Virus record (IMG/VR): IMGVR_UViG_3300023179_000042
Location: 41,754 to 105,753 of that record
Direction: 5' to 3' (one strand)
DNA length: 64,000 nucleotides
From: a virus
The position numbers and the translations under genes are program-made. The notes beneath the pieces are model-generated. The model worked only from the letters and a program-made list of their open reading frames with translations, ran no database searches and was not told the DNA's origin. Of the stretch, positions 31,201 to 38,980 are shown piece after piece (positions within the stretch are counted from its first letter, which is position 1; each line of letters opens with the position of its first letter).

Positions 31201-33029
31201 TTGTAGACAAATTTATCACACCCGGTACGGGCTTTACTGTACAAAATGTTGATGTGTTTGTAAACGGAGTTCAGCTAGCCCGAGGTATGGATTATACCGT
31301 TGACGATGACATTGTTAATGGCATGGCTAATCCTACTATAACTTTAGATAATGAATTAATTTTAACCGAGGCAGTTAAACCTGGTGATGTGCTGGCAATC
31401 GTTGCCAAACCAGACCTTGGGTGGGAATTTGATATTATAAGTGGTAGCATTTATTTTAATGCTAATGCTGAAATAGTTCCTGGGTATATTGGGTATATCA
31501 CTGATTGTGTATTAAAAATTACAACATATACAAACCACGATCAGATGCTAATGAGAACAGAACGATTTGTAGGTAATACATATAGAAGATTTAGAATAAG
31601 CAGACAAGTTCTAAATAATAATTTTGTATGGGTTACTCTTAATAATCAACCGCTGGTTAACAAGTATGATTATATTATCTTAGATGATGGATATACTATT
31701 CAAATAAGTGATACAATTAGAGTCACCGAAGCCGATGAAGTTGTAATTCAATCTTTTAGTACACAAATTTTAGGTTATGATACTCTAGGGTACAGAGTTT
31801 TTAAAGATATGTTTGGAAGACAATCATTTAAGAGATTGTCAAGAACAAATTCTACAACATTGACACAACCATTGAATTATTATGATACCGAAATTCATGT
31901 TGCTGACGCAAGTGTTTTAACACCTCCGTCTTTATACAGAAAACAACCGGGAGTGGTAACTATTTCTGGAGAAAGAATAGAATTCTATAAAGTTGATGGA
32001 AATGTTTTAAAACAACTCCGTAGAGCTACAATGGGTACAGGTGCGAGTTTTTCTCTTGCTTCAAATTCTAAGGTAATTGATCAAGGTATAAATCAAACCG
32101 TTCCGTATTCTGAAGAGATGCTAGTGCAGTCATACTTAACAACATCTACTACAACCTACACAATTTTTAACTACTCCATGGATGATTGGGGTGATGGAAT
32201 AGCTTTATCGCAGCCTTCTACATCAACAATAATAAGTTCTGCCCTCGCTCTTAATGCTTACGGCATTGCTCTTGATTACTATAATAGAGGGCAGTATGAT
32301 GCTCTCTATGATTTAAATGGAGATAGTGTAATTGACCTTCAAGATTTAATCGATTATCAAACTTTAGCCTCAGGCGGATCTTTGCCATATACTCCGTCAG
32401 AGAGTTCCAATTATCAACAGTTATTTGAAGTAACACAAGCAACTTCGCCTATACCAGCTAAAGATCAAATTGCTGTTTACTTTGGTGGTAGATTATTAAA
32501 GAAAGATCCATATTTTTATCACGATACAACTTTGGCCTACGATAGTCCTCAATATAATATTATCGGTACCATGGACAACGAAACAATGCTTTCGACGGTT
32601 ACCACTGTTGTACTAACTTTAGGCGATGGATATATTGTTACTTCGACAAATCAAGTGTGGATTTATACAAATTCTACAGAATTAGACGCGGTCAATGGTT
32701 TTGTCTATAGAGGTTTAAAGTATGCTCCGCCTGAGTTTACCATCAATACATCTACACAGCAAATTAAATTAAATATTGTAGATGGAGTTGAACCAAATAT
32801 CAAATTGTCATTTGTAAAAAAACAATTTAATAGATTGTCGTGTTGGAATAATATTGTGGACGCTAATACAACATTGTCATTGTTAGAAAGTACAACAGTA
32901 CCTGCTAAGTTTTTACAGGCAAGACCGGCCGAACTTCCTGATAGTTATTATTATGGCGGTCCTGATATTTTAACCGATGGAGGAAATCCATTAACTGATA
33001 CCAATTCTAATCCATTAATAGGAAATTAA
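19284..33029 (+). CDS. Giant (4581 aa) baseplate wedge/virion structural protein
   Basis: Follows gp6; FG-GAP-like repeats (LLVGAPG, FVGAP), G-x-GY-xx-P repeats, dockerin/EF-hand-like motif near C-terminus. Confidence 0.7.
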   Translation: MAKNIKSVNLLPETHRTDKNSRFLSSTVDQLIQKPELERINGFIGTKDTPTYNSSNDIYISESTQIRQNYNLEPALVTYSTAGSVVNVVAIDDLTNEINFRGGITDNFDRIYKPKYYAYDPFVDWDKLVNFQEYFWLVTGPQTIEITGRPKNTTSTYTVEVENSQFVFTPSGMSDSILTLYRGNTYNFENLTEQNFYVKFTASPGNTDLYPVNVVSNGTSTGIVKLIVDVNTPSVLYCGGNDKTLLCKIVVKDSREDSTIDIEKDILGKKSYLSGNGIALSNGMKIKFGGTVLPEKYRDNEYIVEGVGEFIRLVDYKDLIPQSVIASNFDDNFDANPFDEYPFDNFKNLPINPEYLTINRASRDLNPWSRYNRWFHKDIITISAEFNNMEPEYPSNLRAQRPIIEFKPNLQLYNFGNIAIPNVDLIDFVTTDPLGQRENTRGLFVDGRRLNEGMTVIFAAAKDDDVRNKVFRATYFQRRKARRLNLEPIQDVIENNCVSINYGTRAGGRCYHYDGSNWKSSQNHTRLNQAPLFDLFDKDGKSYSDKTYYYSNFAGNRVFSYKRGSGTSDSVLGFPLSYRNLNGVGSYLFRNYFMNDSFTLSSGEYDTTSTSFSTAITFLKKNDEKGDQLVNVWRDKEDYQIPVYQLQSYLSGTSTVEINSVKLNNNISFEIEAYNDEKIIPKSDYNILSSGTNYTVNFNNTVTSNVLLKIFTDAPIVGNGYYETPLNLTNNPLNGNITDLTLSEISDHVGTMVNRDTSWSGIFPGTSNLRDLPGIAKYGTRLISNYNPITFAQLFLGSPYYSVESAIKQTAKDYEEFKNNFLTLVATHPDQNSPVSAVDTILKSMVANISKGSAYHNSDMIPFGSHRVRQFTVLSSRRTDYPISLDYNPSKLSNQAVLVYINGVQGWLGRDYIFLDDQNAVRIITPIVANDTIEIREYTDTSGCYCPQTPSKLGLYPAFRPRKYFDDSYIDRPRNVIIGHDGSKMIAYNDYRDDIIIELEKRIFNNIKSKYNPDLLDINSLLPNAFRKTEYSLKEINQILQSDFVTWAGLFGLDYQNNSSFDEANPFTYNYVGTSDTLTSTSLSGFWRGIYKYFYDTDLPHKSPWRMLGFYDRPEWWIAEYGPSPYTSGNDILWQDLENGYIRGGSNPGYNPIYARPGLTNIIPVDESGKLIDPSVLLITNSTPYDRRQNWKFGDHGPVETVWRNSSSYPYAIQRLLLLTKPAEYCSVFFDVSRLIKNAAGQWVNADTNRFLNLKDVALFGENNTLAAGYSVWVIEQGLKRNSQFVYRLRNRIDNFTVNLFHKVGGFVDKNKLRIIIDSVSPSSTDPGAILPQENYLLHLNVSNPVEAVAASGIVIQKQQDKFIVKGYDRYRPYFTIYQPIRNSNTPAITIGGISESFVDWNYNDSSGSTSLSAEDLTTANTATGNNFYQQGQIVRYLNKFYRVKVSHTAEANFNPSFYAAIPQVPIKGGATVQIAKSYSKQETLIPYGTMFDNIQDVYDVIIGYGQWLVEQGFIFDNFNQELNTVLDWRFSAKEFLYWSTQNWAPNSIITLAPFSPQVKFRKQTAVTDNFLNGNYDYTILTADGSSLPSKNLSVNRDDDITIIEPTNTNNGIFFIYVRPVQKEHGMIFDNTTIFNDIVYDPETGYRQKRMKLVGFRTSNWNGDYSSPGFVYDKGVVNRWEQFTLYRYGDVVTWNGKYYSAANSISGSSKFNIGDGWVLLDKAPTPGLIPNFDYKISQFEDFYSIDIDNFDAGQQKMAQHLIGYTPRVYLDNIVPDAISQYKFYQGYIREKGTRNPLTKISKSVTNDQTGSINFDEEWAFRVGQYGSYTTFRELEFRLTEGSFIENPQIINFVDTQPTQKPNDLVYYIDNNKFAIQPSEYSSSNVFFTSSSTFKNPGFKYPTAGYVNLNDITYTAYNENSLLDIANNGSIKDGDVIWLGFKTNGDWDVLRYENSPFKIIGVFVNSPGVTITFTTDYFHDFKVGDTVSVVNFNNQVNGIYKIIDIPQLNQFTVNSSLTYINNEPLLSPGLIYRFVSQRFKKFDDIPVDSKLLALPYGSKFWIDENNEGKWEVYTKTKNYSQNSVISRSQPLNQQLGTSIAKSKNDSTLLVGAPGYQYYLDNGRVFVYDKIGSTLTFKLSYTLNSDRIQYHDSSISPVTEFGYKVDYIPDEFNNSGYGLFIVGAPATENVYYNTVSPGAISYAHPDNTNTSTWGLAGVVKISSVDPLTQKEKAEVVLSNPWPTDRDRFGAEVAHYGNLLLVGAPGTNSTGTGRVFSYSIDTTGYYTTSSAQTVIGVTTSMSVTYTGRKELPAEYTAVDSDGVMFGHSISISDEEYFKYAVGGPGYKSENGLVAIFGMYSPSANQVIQPPTNVSGTKKFGHKVVITPTQLFVSAPLQRNSDLSYGAVYIYDYDIDAGAFNTSTYQIITNPLPGSKLNFGQDLSYIESDNSIVISSTGDFTPKFNLDKGNTTFDQKSTKFYNSIRKTGTAYVYSRKDTRYVLADELKIDNYTAFTDFGYTVHATENEIFVGAPSYSSTQTSKVYEFNKIDTTVQSWDLSTKQDDVISLNEFRQIHIFDTKKDIIVDYLDVVDPLKGKIPGLADQEIKYKAAFDPAVYSIGIAGTVVDINTNWLDEHVGELWWDLSTLKYVWYEQGDLSYRKNNWGRLFPGATIDVYEWIGTPLLPSEWSSQADTAAGLTNNISGQPKFADNSVVSVKQIYDSVTNSFSNYYFYWVKNKVIIPNVKNRRISSYQVASLIADPTGYGYKYASIIAPDAMTLANSNGYAVDTHVHLNITYDKIDNKIPKHTEWILLNEGSENSMPPRMLERKLFNSLIGKDTFGHTVPDPSLNERTKYGIGIRPQQTLFKSRLTALRNLIEFSNNVLIKEQIVGMKDLTRLLSQEVPPDQYSGLWDKTVEDLEGLSVINTTKLVQAEVTCTVADGTIRSVQIVNSGYGYLIAPIITVIANENDINTRTVKIETEIDEFGRLVSTNIVDGGRGFTVPPTLTVRPFSVIVTSDSTFNGKWTLFTWDKEVQQWNRIRTQKYNTPLYWNYIDWTSSDFDQFRDISKTVNELFELNYLNLPKNSYIKINNPGDNLPIILEKVTPSKSNTFSNGYNIVYKQGGTIQFSNGIWDIYNNDLGYDKNNSYDQTLYDQTIETELRNILIALRDDIFVDELKVYWNKFFFTAVKYAMSEQPLLDWAFKTSFINVVNNAGLLDQRPVYKLNNSEYYENFLKEIKPYRSQIRTFTNKHKILEPSQSFTTDFDSPSYFNRTTKQFETISETDALSDVYPWKAWKDNNSFIIDSISVGNGGQNYILPPSVIIETAPGDLGSGAAAQAYISSGQVNKIVVTNPGVGYKKAPLIRLEGGGYADLVPAVAYPIMANNKVRTNTIKIKFDRISTQNQIGDDFVVDSFNCDGTTSIFYLNWCARLDRSKISVTIDGAYVLSSEYIIQNYEEEFNGYTKKYSKLQFVNRIPEIGKVLVVKYAKNLELYSAAERVLQYYSPKSGMPGKKLDQVMSGVVYPKTQLQTLGFDYTSKWDNQYEINNVPVYYSGFETAAYGDDVSYYTLIKTSSTTTVGSNTLTLATVEGIVVGQNVNISNTLTNKFSSSTVLVTAINQTSKTVTLNTSVASTVFPGDSVEFWTQTTNFTALDTIIDSGYPGFTLTNTGSALQYALGINPEDITIDGDGFFTPDTSFATEEFVPGESSDSIGINVYTKSGVGAPLIYTGKIDVPSKRNKTELFVPYPPPTADSIVVTFNTQILQRTEQLFFAATLDSPYYYYDFINNKIIIYKRSVNGVLGYSVVTVGGEGVVDHGSTVVYNQTDGQVDSLAYYDDIKLAYVTVNGEIIGTTSTSFTNKYYDLTYSNESNKRASVHVHNLNTNTTSTIQAWFFDSDAATFNEVRSQTFVYDNVSTATNIEINRPPGVIEPFAPQVILEVSVDNGVTYRRVMPPFTAYYNIVNTAITTYSINNSRNFVDKFITPGTGFTVQNVDVFVNGVQLARGMDYTVDDDIVNGMANPTITLDNELILTEAVKPGDVLAIVAKPDLGWEFDIISGSIYFNANAEIVPGYIGYITDCVLKITTYTNHDQMLMRTERFVGNTYRRFRISRQVLNNNFVWVTLNNQPLVNKYDYIILDDGYTIQISDTIRVTEADEVVIQSFSTQILGYDTLGYRVFKDMFGRQSFKRLSRTNSTTLTQPLNYYDTEIHVADASVLTPPSLYRKQPGVVTISGERIEFYKVDGNVLKQLRRATMGTGASFSLASNSKVIDQGINQTVPYSEEMLVQSYLTTSTTTYTIFNYSMDDWGDGIALSQPSTSTIISSALALNAYGIALDYYNRGQYDALYDLNGDSVIDLQDLIDYQTLASGGSLPYTPSESSNYQQLFEVTQATSPIPAKDQIAVYFGGRLLKKDPYFYHDTTLAYDSPQYNIIGTMDNETMLSTVTTVVLTLGDGYIVTSTNQVWIYTNSTELDAVNGFVYRGLKYAPPEFTINTSTQQIKLNIVDGVEPNIKLSFVKKQFNRLSCWNNIVDANTTLSLLESTTVPAKFLQARPAELPDSYYYGGPDILTDGGNPLTDTNSNPLIGN

Positions 33030-33030
33030 A

Positions 33031-34935
33031 ATGCCTCAAGTTACGCAACTTCCATTATTATCAACAGCAACAAATCAAACTTATATATTGGTTGTAGATA
33101 ATAACTTGACTAAAAGAGTTAATTATACAGCATTCTCTAGTCAAATTAATAAAATTAATATTGGACCCAGCGGACCTAAGGGTGTTTCAGGTCCTACAGG
33201 TCCGCAAGGAATTCAAGGCAATACTGGTCCTAGTGGAACTCAAGGATCGATTGGCCCAAGCGGTCCAATAGGTCCACAATCTACTATTCCAGGCCCTAGT
33301 GGTATTAGTGGAGCAACAGGTCCAGTTGGTCCAAGTGGTACATCGGGAGTTTCGGGACCAAGCGGACCGAGGTCTACAATCAGTGGACCTAGCGGACCAC
33401 AGGGTAACATAGGTCCTAGTGGTCCTCAGTCGACTATTAGTGGCCCTCAAGGTGATACCGGTGATACCGGTCCACAAGGCGCCCAAGGCGTTGCTGGTCC
33501 ACAAGGCGCCCAAGGCGTTGCTGGTCCACAAGGCGCAAGTGGTCCCGAAAGTACTGTAGCAGGACCACAAGGTGCTCAAGGTGCTCAAGGCCCAAGTGGA
33601 GTAAGCGGTCCCCGTGGTCCAACAACAGGTAATCAAGGCCCAATTGGCAACCAAGGCCCAAGTGGCGTTAGCGTTAGTGGTCCAAGCGGTCCCGCAGGTG
33701 TAGCGGGACCAAGTGGTCCTGGCGGTTCTCAAGGCCCAAGCGGTCCTGGTGGCGCACAAGGCCCAAGTGGCGTTAGCGTTAGTGGCCCTAGTGGTCCAGC
33801 GGGCGTAAGTAATGTTCCTGGTCCAAGTGGTCCAAGTGGTCCAAGCGGCGTAACAGGTCCTGGTGGAACTCGTGTTTATACAGTAACCAATAGCGGTGCC
33901 AGCGCCTATGTAATCGATGGATCGAATAATCCTACACTAAATTTATTAAAAGGTTTTACCTACCAATTTAGCGTAAGTGCGACAGGACATCCTTTTTGGA
34001 TTAAAACTGCTGCTGTAACTGGAACAGGTAGTGCTTATAATACCGGAGTAACAAATAACGGAACTCAAAGCGGCACCATCACATTTGCTATACCGTACGA
34101 TGCTCCGAGTACATTGTATTATATTTGCCAGCTCCATTCTATGATGGGCGGAACAATTAATATTTCCGATGTAGGACCAGCCGGTCCTAGTGGTCCAAGT
34201 GGCGTAAGTAATGTTCCTGGTCCAAGTGGTCCGAGCGGACCAAGTGGTGTAAGTGTTAGCGGACCAAGTGGTCCGGCAAGTACAATTTCTGGACCAAGTG
34301 GTGTTGCTGGTAGTGTTGGTCCAAGTGGTCCAAGTGGTCCTCAAGGTTCAGCAGGGTCACCCGGTAACGCTGGTCCAAGTGGTCCTAGTGGTGCCGGAGC
34401 CAGCGGTCCAAGTGGCCCAGCAGGCGGAGCAGGTCCAAGTGGCCCATCGGGTCCAAGTGGTGCTGGTGTAAGTGGTCCAAGTGGTGCTGGTATAAGTGGT
34501 CCAAGCGGAACTCGAGGTGCGAGCGGCCCTAGTGGCCCATCGGGTCCTGCGGGTAATGCTGGTGGAGCAGGTCCAAGCGGCCCATCGGGTCCAAGCGGTG
34601 TAACTGGTGCTACAGGTTCTCAAGGATCTGTAACCACTTTGGCTACAGGAACTTACAGTATTGGTGTTTTGTATGCCAATACACTAACAGTAACAGGCGT
34701 AGGTGCTTTTAATATTACTTCAGGTAATGACATCAATTTGAAGGCAACAGGTCAAGTTACAGTAAATGCTCCGTTTGTGCTTACCACAAGCACAACAGCA
34801 GGCCTGGCAGCGCTTGGATCGGTTACTCGTGTAGGAGCAATGGTATATGTTACAGATGCTTCGGGCGGCGCACAACCTTGTTTCTATAATGGAACAAATT
34901 GGTTTACAGTAAACGGAAGGACTCAGATAGCTTAA
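33031..34935 (+). CDS. Collagen-like tail fibre with internal cupredoxin-like domain
   Basis: Extensive G-P-S/G-X-Y triplets; central domain GHPF...[12 protein letters not shown]. Confidence 0.85.
   Translation: MPQVTQLPLLSTATNQTYILVVDNNLTKRVNYTAFSSQINKINIGPSGPKGVSGPTGPQGIQGNTGPSGTQGSIGPSGPIGPQSTIPGPSGISGATGPVGPSGTSGVSGPSGPRSTISGPSGPQGNIGPSGPQSTISGPQGDTGDTGPQGAQGVAGPQGAQGVAGPQGASGPESTVAGPQGAQGAQGPSGVSGPRGPTTGNQGPIGNQGPSGVSVSGPSGPAGVAGPSGPGGSQGPSGPGGAQGPSGVSVSGPSGPAGVSNVPGPSGPSGPSGVTGPGGTRVYTVTNSGASAYVIDGSNNPTLNLLKGFTYQFSVSATGHPFWIKTAAVTGTGSAYNTGVTNNGTQSGTITFAIPYDAPSTLYYICQLHSMMGGTINISDVGPAGPSGPSGVSNVPGPSGPSGPSGVSVSGPSGPASTISGPSGVAGSVGPSGPSGPQGSAGSPGNAGPSGPSGAGASGPSGPAGGAGPSGPSGPSGAGVSGPSGAGISGPSGTRGASGPSGPSGPAGNAGGAGPSGPSGPSGVTGATGSQGSVTTLATGTYSIGVLYANTLTVTGVGAFNITSGNDINLKATGQVTVNAPFVLTTSTTAGLAALGSVTRVGAMVYVTDASGGAQPCFYNGTNWFTVNGRTQIA
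33469..33536. repeat. 27-bp tandem repeat (2.5 copies) in collagen region
   Basis: ggtccacaaggcgcccaaggcgttgct at 33469 and 33496, partial at 33523. Confidence 0.9.
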
Positions 34936-34936
34936 A

Positions 34937-36535
34937 ATGGAACATTTAAGATATTATGTTGTTGTTGCCAATCCTGAGGATCAGCCAGCAATCTTTGAAG
35001 AATTAAAATCTTTAGATGGCACTGATCATATTCCATCTAGGCCAGTTGAGGCCGAGGATGAAATGCCTTGGAGCGACCATAATTCCATTTGGATATTAAC
35101 CGAAGAAGAAGCAGAAACACTTAAAAATGATCCTAGAATTATAGATGTTCATAGAGATCCTGAAGAGGTAGGTATTCGACCTAAGCATTGCGGACTGCGA
35201 ACAGGATACTTTGAACGTTCGACAAATAATACAGTTGCGTCAGCAAAAAATTTTGGATTAGTTAGATCTATTGCTAGTACCAATGTTTATGGTGCTAGTA
35301 CATTAACATCAAATTCTTATACATTTAATCTTGACGGAACTGGAGTTGACGTTATTGTCATGGATACTGGTGTTGAACCTTATCATCCAGAATTTGCGGT
35401 TAATGCCGATGGCAGTGGTGGAACAAGAGTAGTCGATTACGATTGGACACAGCACGGCATCATAACCAGTGTTCCTACGGGAGGTTTTTTAGGCGATTGT
35501 GGAGGACATGGCTCGAACGTTGCTAGCATAATAGCAGGTAATACCAACGGCTGGGCATCTGGCGCCAGAATTTATTCTTTAAGAACTGTGCCAGAGACCG
35601 GCGGAACAGAACGAGACATCACCGATGGACGAATTTTAGGTCTGTTAAATGAAACACAATGTTGGGGTTCTATTAGAGCCTTTCATAATGCTAAATCCAT
35701 TGATCCTGCTACAGGATATAAACGACCCACAATTGTAAATTGTAGTTACGGATATCCTAATGCCTACGGAAGTATTAAGACAACAACTTACAGAGGTACA
35801 ACTTATACAACCAGTACAGGTAATGCTGCTTACGGTACAATAGATTTAAACGTGAGTGCGTATTACGGTGGCTCCCATGGTACTAGAATTTCGGCAATAG
35901 ATGCAGAAATCTCAAGCACACTGGCAGCAGGAGTAATTATTGTAGGAGCGGCTGGAAATGACGCACATAAAATAGATGTCCCTACAGGAACCGATTATAA
36001 TAATTACTGGACTAAAACTAATAATGCGGTTTACTATTATCATAGAGGATCAACTCCGTCAGCAGTCTCGGGTGTTGTCTGTGTAGGTTGCTATTCAGCT
36101 ACTACCGATGGTAGCGGTGTCGAACATAAGAAAAATTTTAGTGCTGCTGGACCCAGGATTGATGTATGGGCACCGGGCGATGCTATAATGGGTGCCTACT
36201 CTACAGGTAGTTATTTTGGACCAGCAGTAGTAGACCCTCGTGGCTCTGCTTCGACATCGTCTGGATATTCTTTTTACCTTCAAAAAATTAGCGGAACCAG
36301 CCAAGCTAGCCCTCAAGTAGCCGGAGTATTAGCGTTGGCATTACAGGCTAGACCGTGGATGACACCTGCTCAAGCCCGTTCTTGGGTGATTGGAAGTGCG
36401 TCTTCGTGGACAAATGATGCGACTTATTACGGGGGCACTGGGTATGTACAATGGGGAGGATTACAAGGAGCAGCACCGATTGCTCTCTTCTTACCCTTTA
36501 ATAGCTCAAGTACCGCTGTATTTTCTGTAGGATAA
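34937..36535 (+). CDS. Subtilisin-like S8 serine protease
   Basis: Triad motifs VMDTG, GHGSNVAS and SGTSQASPQVAG; oxyanion AAGN; N-terminal prodomain. Confidence 0.92.
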   Translation: MEHLRYYVVVANPEDQPAIFEELKSLDGTDHIPSRPVEAEDEMPWSDHNSIWILTEEEAETLKNDPRIIDVHRDPEEVGIRPKHCGLRTGYFERSTNNTVASAKNFGLVRSIASTNVYGASTLTSNSYTFNLDGTGVDVIVMDTGVEPYHPEFAVNADGSGGTRVVDYDWTQHGIITSVPTGGFLGDCGGHGSNVASIIAGNTNGWASGARIYSLRTVPETGGTERDITDGRILGLLNETQCWGSIRAFHNAKSIDPATGYKRPTIVNCSYGYPNAYGSIKTTTYRGTTYTTSTGNAAYGTIDLNVSAYYGGSHGTRISAIDAEISSTLAAGVIIVGAAGNDAHKIDVPTGTDYNNYWTKTNNAVYYYHRGSTPSAVSGVVCVGCYSATTDGSGVEHKKNFSAAGPRIDVWAPGDAIMGAYSTGSYFGPAVVDPRGSASTSSGYSFYLQKISGTSQASPQVAGVLALALQARPWMTPAQARSWVIGSASSWTNDATYYGGTGYVQWGGLQGAAPIALFLPFNSSSTAVFSVG

Positions 36536-36578
36536 CCGATGTTTTTTTTGTTGATAAATATGTTATTGGAAATTAAAA

Positions 36579-37202
36579 ATGTATAATATGAACAATAATC
36601 CTAATGAATTTGGCAATATTCATGTCATGGGCCATTTAAAAATCTATGACCCTGTGTCGCAAGAAGTTTTTATCAATAAAAAGAATGCTATTCATTATGA
36701 AAATTTTGCTATTGCGTTAGCACGAGGAGTTAGTAATCAAGGATACGGTTTTATTGCTGATATGGCATTTGGTAATGGCGGCACTAGAATTGACCAAACT
36801 GGTATCATTACATATCTTACACCAAACACTATAGGAACAAGTAGTGCTCTTTATAATCAGACTTATGTTAAGACAGTTGATGCTAAACAGACATATGATT
36901 TAGATCCTAGCCGAAACTATATGGAAGTAAGACATGTTACCGGAACTCCGTATGCTGATGTATTAGTAAGTTGTTTATTAGATTTTGGAGAACCAGCCGG
37001 GCAGGATGCCTTTGATAAAGCAGCCTATACAGATGGCAATTTTGTATTTGATGAAATCGGACTATTAGCCTATAGCCCTGATGGGCAAGGACAAGGAGAT
37101 TTATTAACTCATGTAATTTTTCATCCTGTTCAAAAATCTTTAAACAGACTAATTCAGATTGATTATACGGTTCGAATTCAAAGTTTAACAAGCGGAACAT
37201 AA
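36579..37202 (+). CDS. Virion structural protein (baseplate/fibre attachment)
   Basis: FDEIGL and LLTHVIFHPVQKS motifs; GATAAATA upstream; structural cluster. Confidence 0.55.
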   Translation: MYNMNNNPNEFGNIHVMGHLKIYDPVSQEVFINKKNAIHYENFAIALARGVSNQGYGFIADMAFGNGGTRIDQTGIITYLTPNTIGTSSALYNQTYVKTVDAKQTYDLDPSRNYMEVRHVTGTPYADVLVSCLLDFGEPAGQDAFDKAAYTDGNFVFDEIGLLAYSPDGQGQGDLLTHVIFHPVQKSLNRLIQIDYTVRIQSLTSGT

Positions 37203-37203
37203 G

Positions 37204-38979
37204 ATGCCATACACAATTACATTCAGCGACCCATCAAAAACCGCAGTTATTGCGGTACCTGATTATCCGCCAGGTGTTAATACTGTAGACACTTCGTTGA
37301 CTCTTGTCGGCCGAGGCTATCCTAACTACGGACAAAAATTTGCCGAAAATTTTGTTCACCTTTTAGAAAATTTTGCCAGTGCTATTCCTCCCTCTAACCC
37401 AATCGAAGGGCAACTATGGTATGATACCAGCGACCCTAATAATAAAGTTATGCGTATTATGGACGGGACTTCTAGTGCTGTCCGTTGGCCTAGCATAAGT
37501 GGAATATACCAACAATCAACAGACCCAAGATACTCAAATAATCTAGCAACCAGCGGTATTAAAAATGGAGATATTTGGGTTGATACAGCTAATAACCAGT
37601 TAAAAATTTTTAACAGCAATGGCTGGTCTGTAGTTGGGCCTGAGCTGGCTACAGGTACTCTTAAAAACGGGCCTGAAGTTGCTACCTATCCTGATAACAA
37701 AAATCCTTCAACTCCATATACAGTTGTAAATTTTTGGGCTAATGGTAAAATTGTTGCTATTCTTTCTGATGCTGCATTTACTCCAAGAACTTTAATAACA
37801 GGTTTTAGTACACTAACAGCTGGTATTAACATTAGAAGCGACTCATTGTTTAATGGTACCGCAGCAGCCGCCCAGCGACTTTATGTAAACAATAGACAAT
37901 ATGGAGCAGATAGATTCCTTCGTAAGGATGATACAGCTACTCCTACAGTTTCGGGACAAGGACAAATTATCACTGGTAGAGTTTTATGGCAAACTCCAAC
38001 AAATCAATCAGGTAGTCAAGGACGCGATGGTATTGTTATTGTTAATAGCTCTGCTCCTACCACAACTGATTATGTTCAATTATATAAAAATACAAATGAT
38101 GCCTGGCTTTTAAACAATACCACAGCAGGAAAAATTTATTTAAAAACTAGACCAAATGAAAGTCCGGTTTTAAATGATACTTTGGTTGTAGCACACGATA
38201 AGGTTACACTTAATACATCAACACAGGTCGTTGGCGATGTAACCGTATCTAATACATTAACTGTTTATTCTACAGCTTCAAATTCAATTAGGACATCGGG
38301 CGGTTTATGGGTTGGAGATGATGCTTATGTAAATGGAAATTTAACAGTCGGATCAGACCTTCAGATTTCGGGAAACTTGAATGTCAATAGCAACATTGTT
38401 CCTTCTTCAAATAATGTTTATGACTTAGGAAGTTTAACATCTCAGTATAGAAGAGTATATGCTCAAGCAGTTGGAACTACCGCAACAGTCTATTACGGAA
38501 GTTTAATTGGACAGGCTTCTGGATTAACAAATGCTGTTACTTTTAGACTTCAAGGTCAAATTACAGCAACAAGTTTTATATATAGCGGAACAAGTGTTGC
38601 GGCTACATTTGATACCGTACTTAGACCTACTGCTGTTACAAGTCAAACAAGTTTAACAACCGCATCGTCAACCGCATCTATGCTGGTAACCGAAGGCGAC
38701 TCATTGTATAAAATTTCAAAGAGTAACTTCTTAGCCGGCATATTTCCAACTGGAATGATAACAGCTTACGGAACTAGTACAAACATTCCATCTGGCTGGT
38801 TGCTGTGCGATGGAGCACAATATCTCCAATCAAATTATATATCATTGTACGGTGTTGTTCAAGATACATATAGAAAACCTGGAGATCCTGTAAGTTTGTA
38901 TTTTAGGGTACCCGATATGCGAGGAAGTACAACAGCTACAAATAACTCTACATTTATTTCATATATTATAAAAACATAA
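37204..38979 (+). CDS. Tail fibre protein with C-terminal collar domain
   Basis: Shared N-terminal LVGRGYPNYG..ENFVHLLENFA domain; collar motif PSGWLLCDG..Y..LY.V...FRVPDMRG. Confidence 0.75.
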   Translation: MPYTITFSDPSKTAVIAVPDYPPGVNTVDTSLTLVGRGYPNYGQKFAENFVHLLENFASAIPPSNPIEGQLWYDTSDPNNKVMRIMDGTSSAVRWPSISGIYQQSTDPRYSNNLATSGIKNGDIWVDTANNQLKIFNSNGWSVVGPELATGTLKNGPEVATYPDNKNPSTPYTVVNFWANGKIVAILSDAAFTPRTLITGFSTLTAGINIRSDSLFNGTAAAAQRLYVNNRQYGADRFLRKDDTATPTVSGQGQIITGRVLWQTPTNQSGSQGRDGIVIVNSSAPTTTDYVQLYKNTNDAWLLNNTTAGKIYLKTRPNESPVLNDTLVVAHDKVTLNTSTQVVGDVTVSNTLTVYSTASNSIRTSGGLWVGDDAYVNGNLTVGSDLQISGNLNVNSNIVPSSNNVYDLGSLTSQYRRVYAQAVGTTATVYYGSLIGQASGLTNAVTFRLQGQITATSFIYSGTSVAATFDTVLRPTAVTSQTSLTTASSTASMLVTEGDSLYKISKSNFLAGIFPTGMITAYGTSTNIPSGWLLCDGAQYLQSNYISLYGVVQDTYRKPGDPVSLYFRVPDMRGSTTATNNSTFISYIIKT

Positions 38980-38980
38980 A

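Noticed and set aside
33160-34630. Repeat array of ggtccaagt units and antisense ORFs
   Set aside because: Explained by Gly-Pro-Ser collagen codons; minus-strand ORFs are shadows
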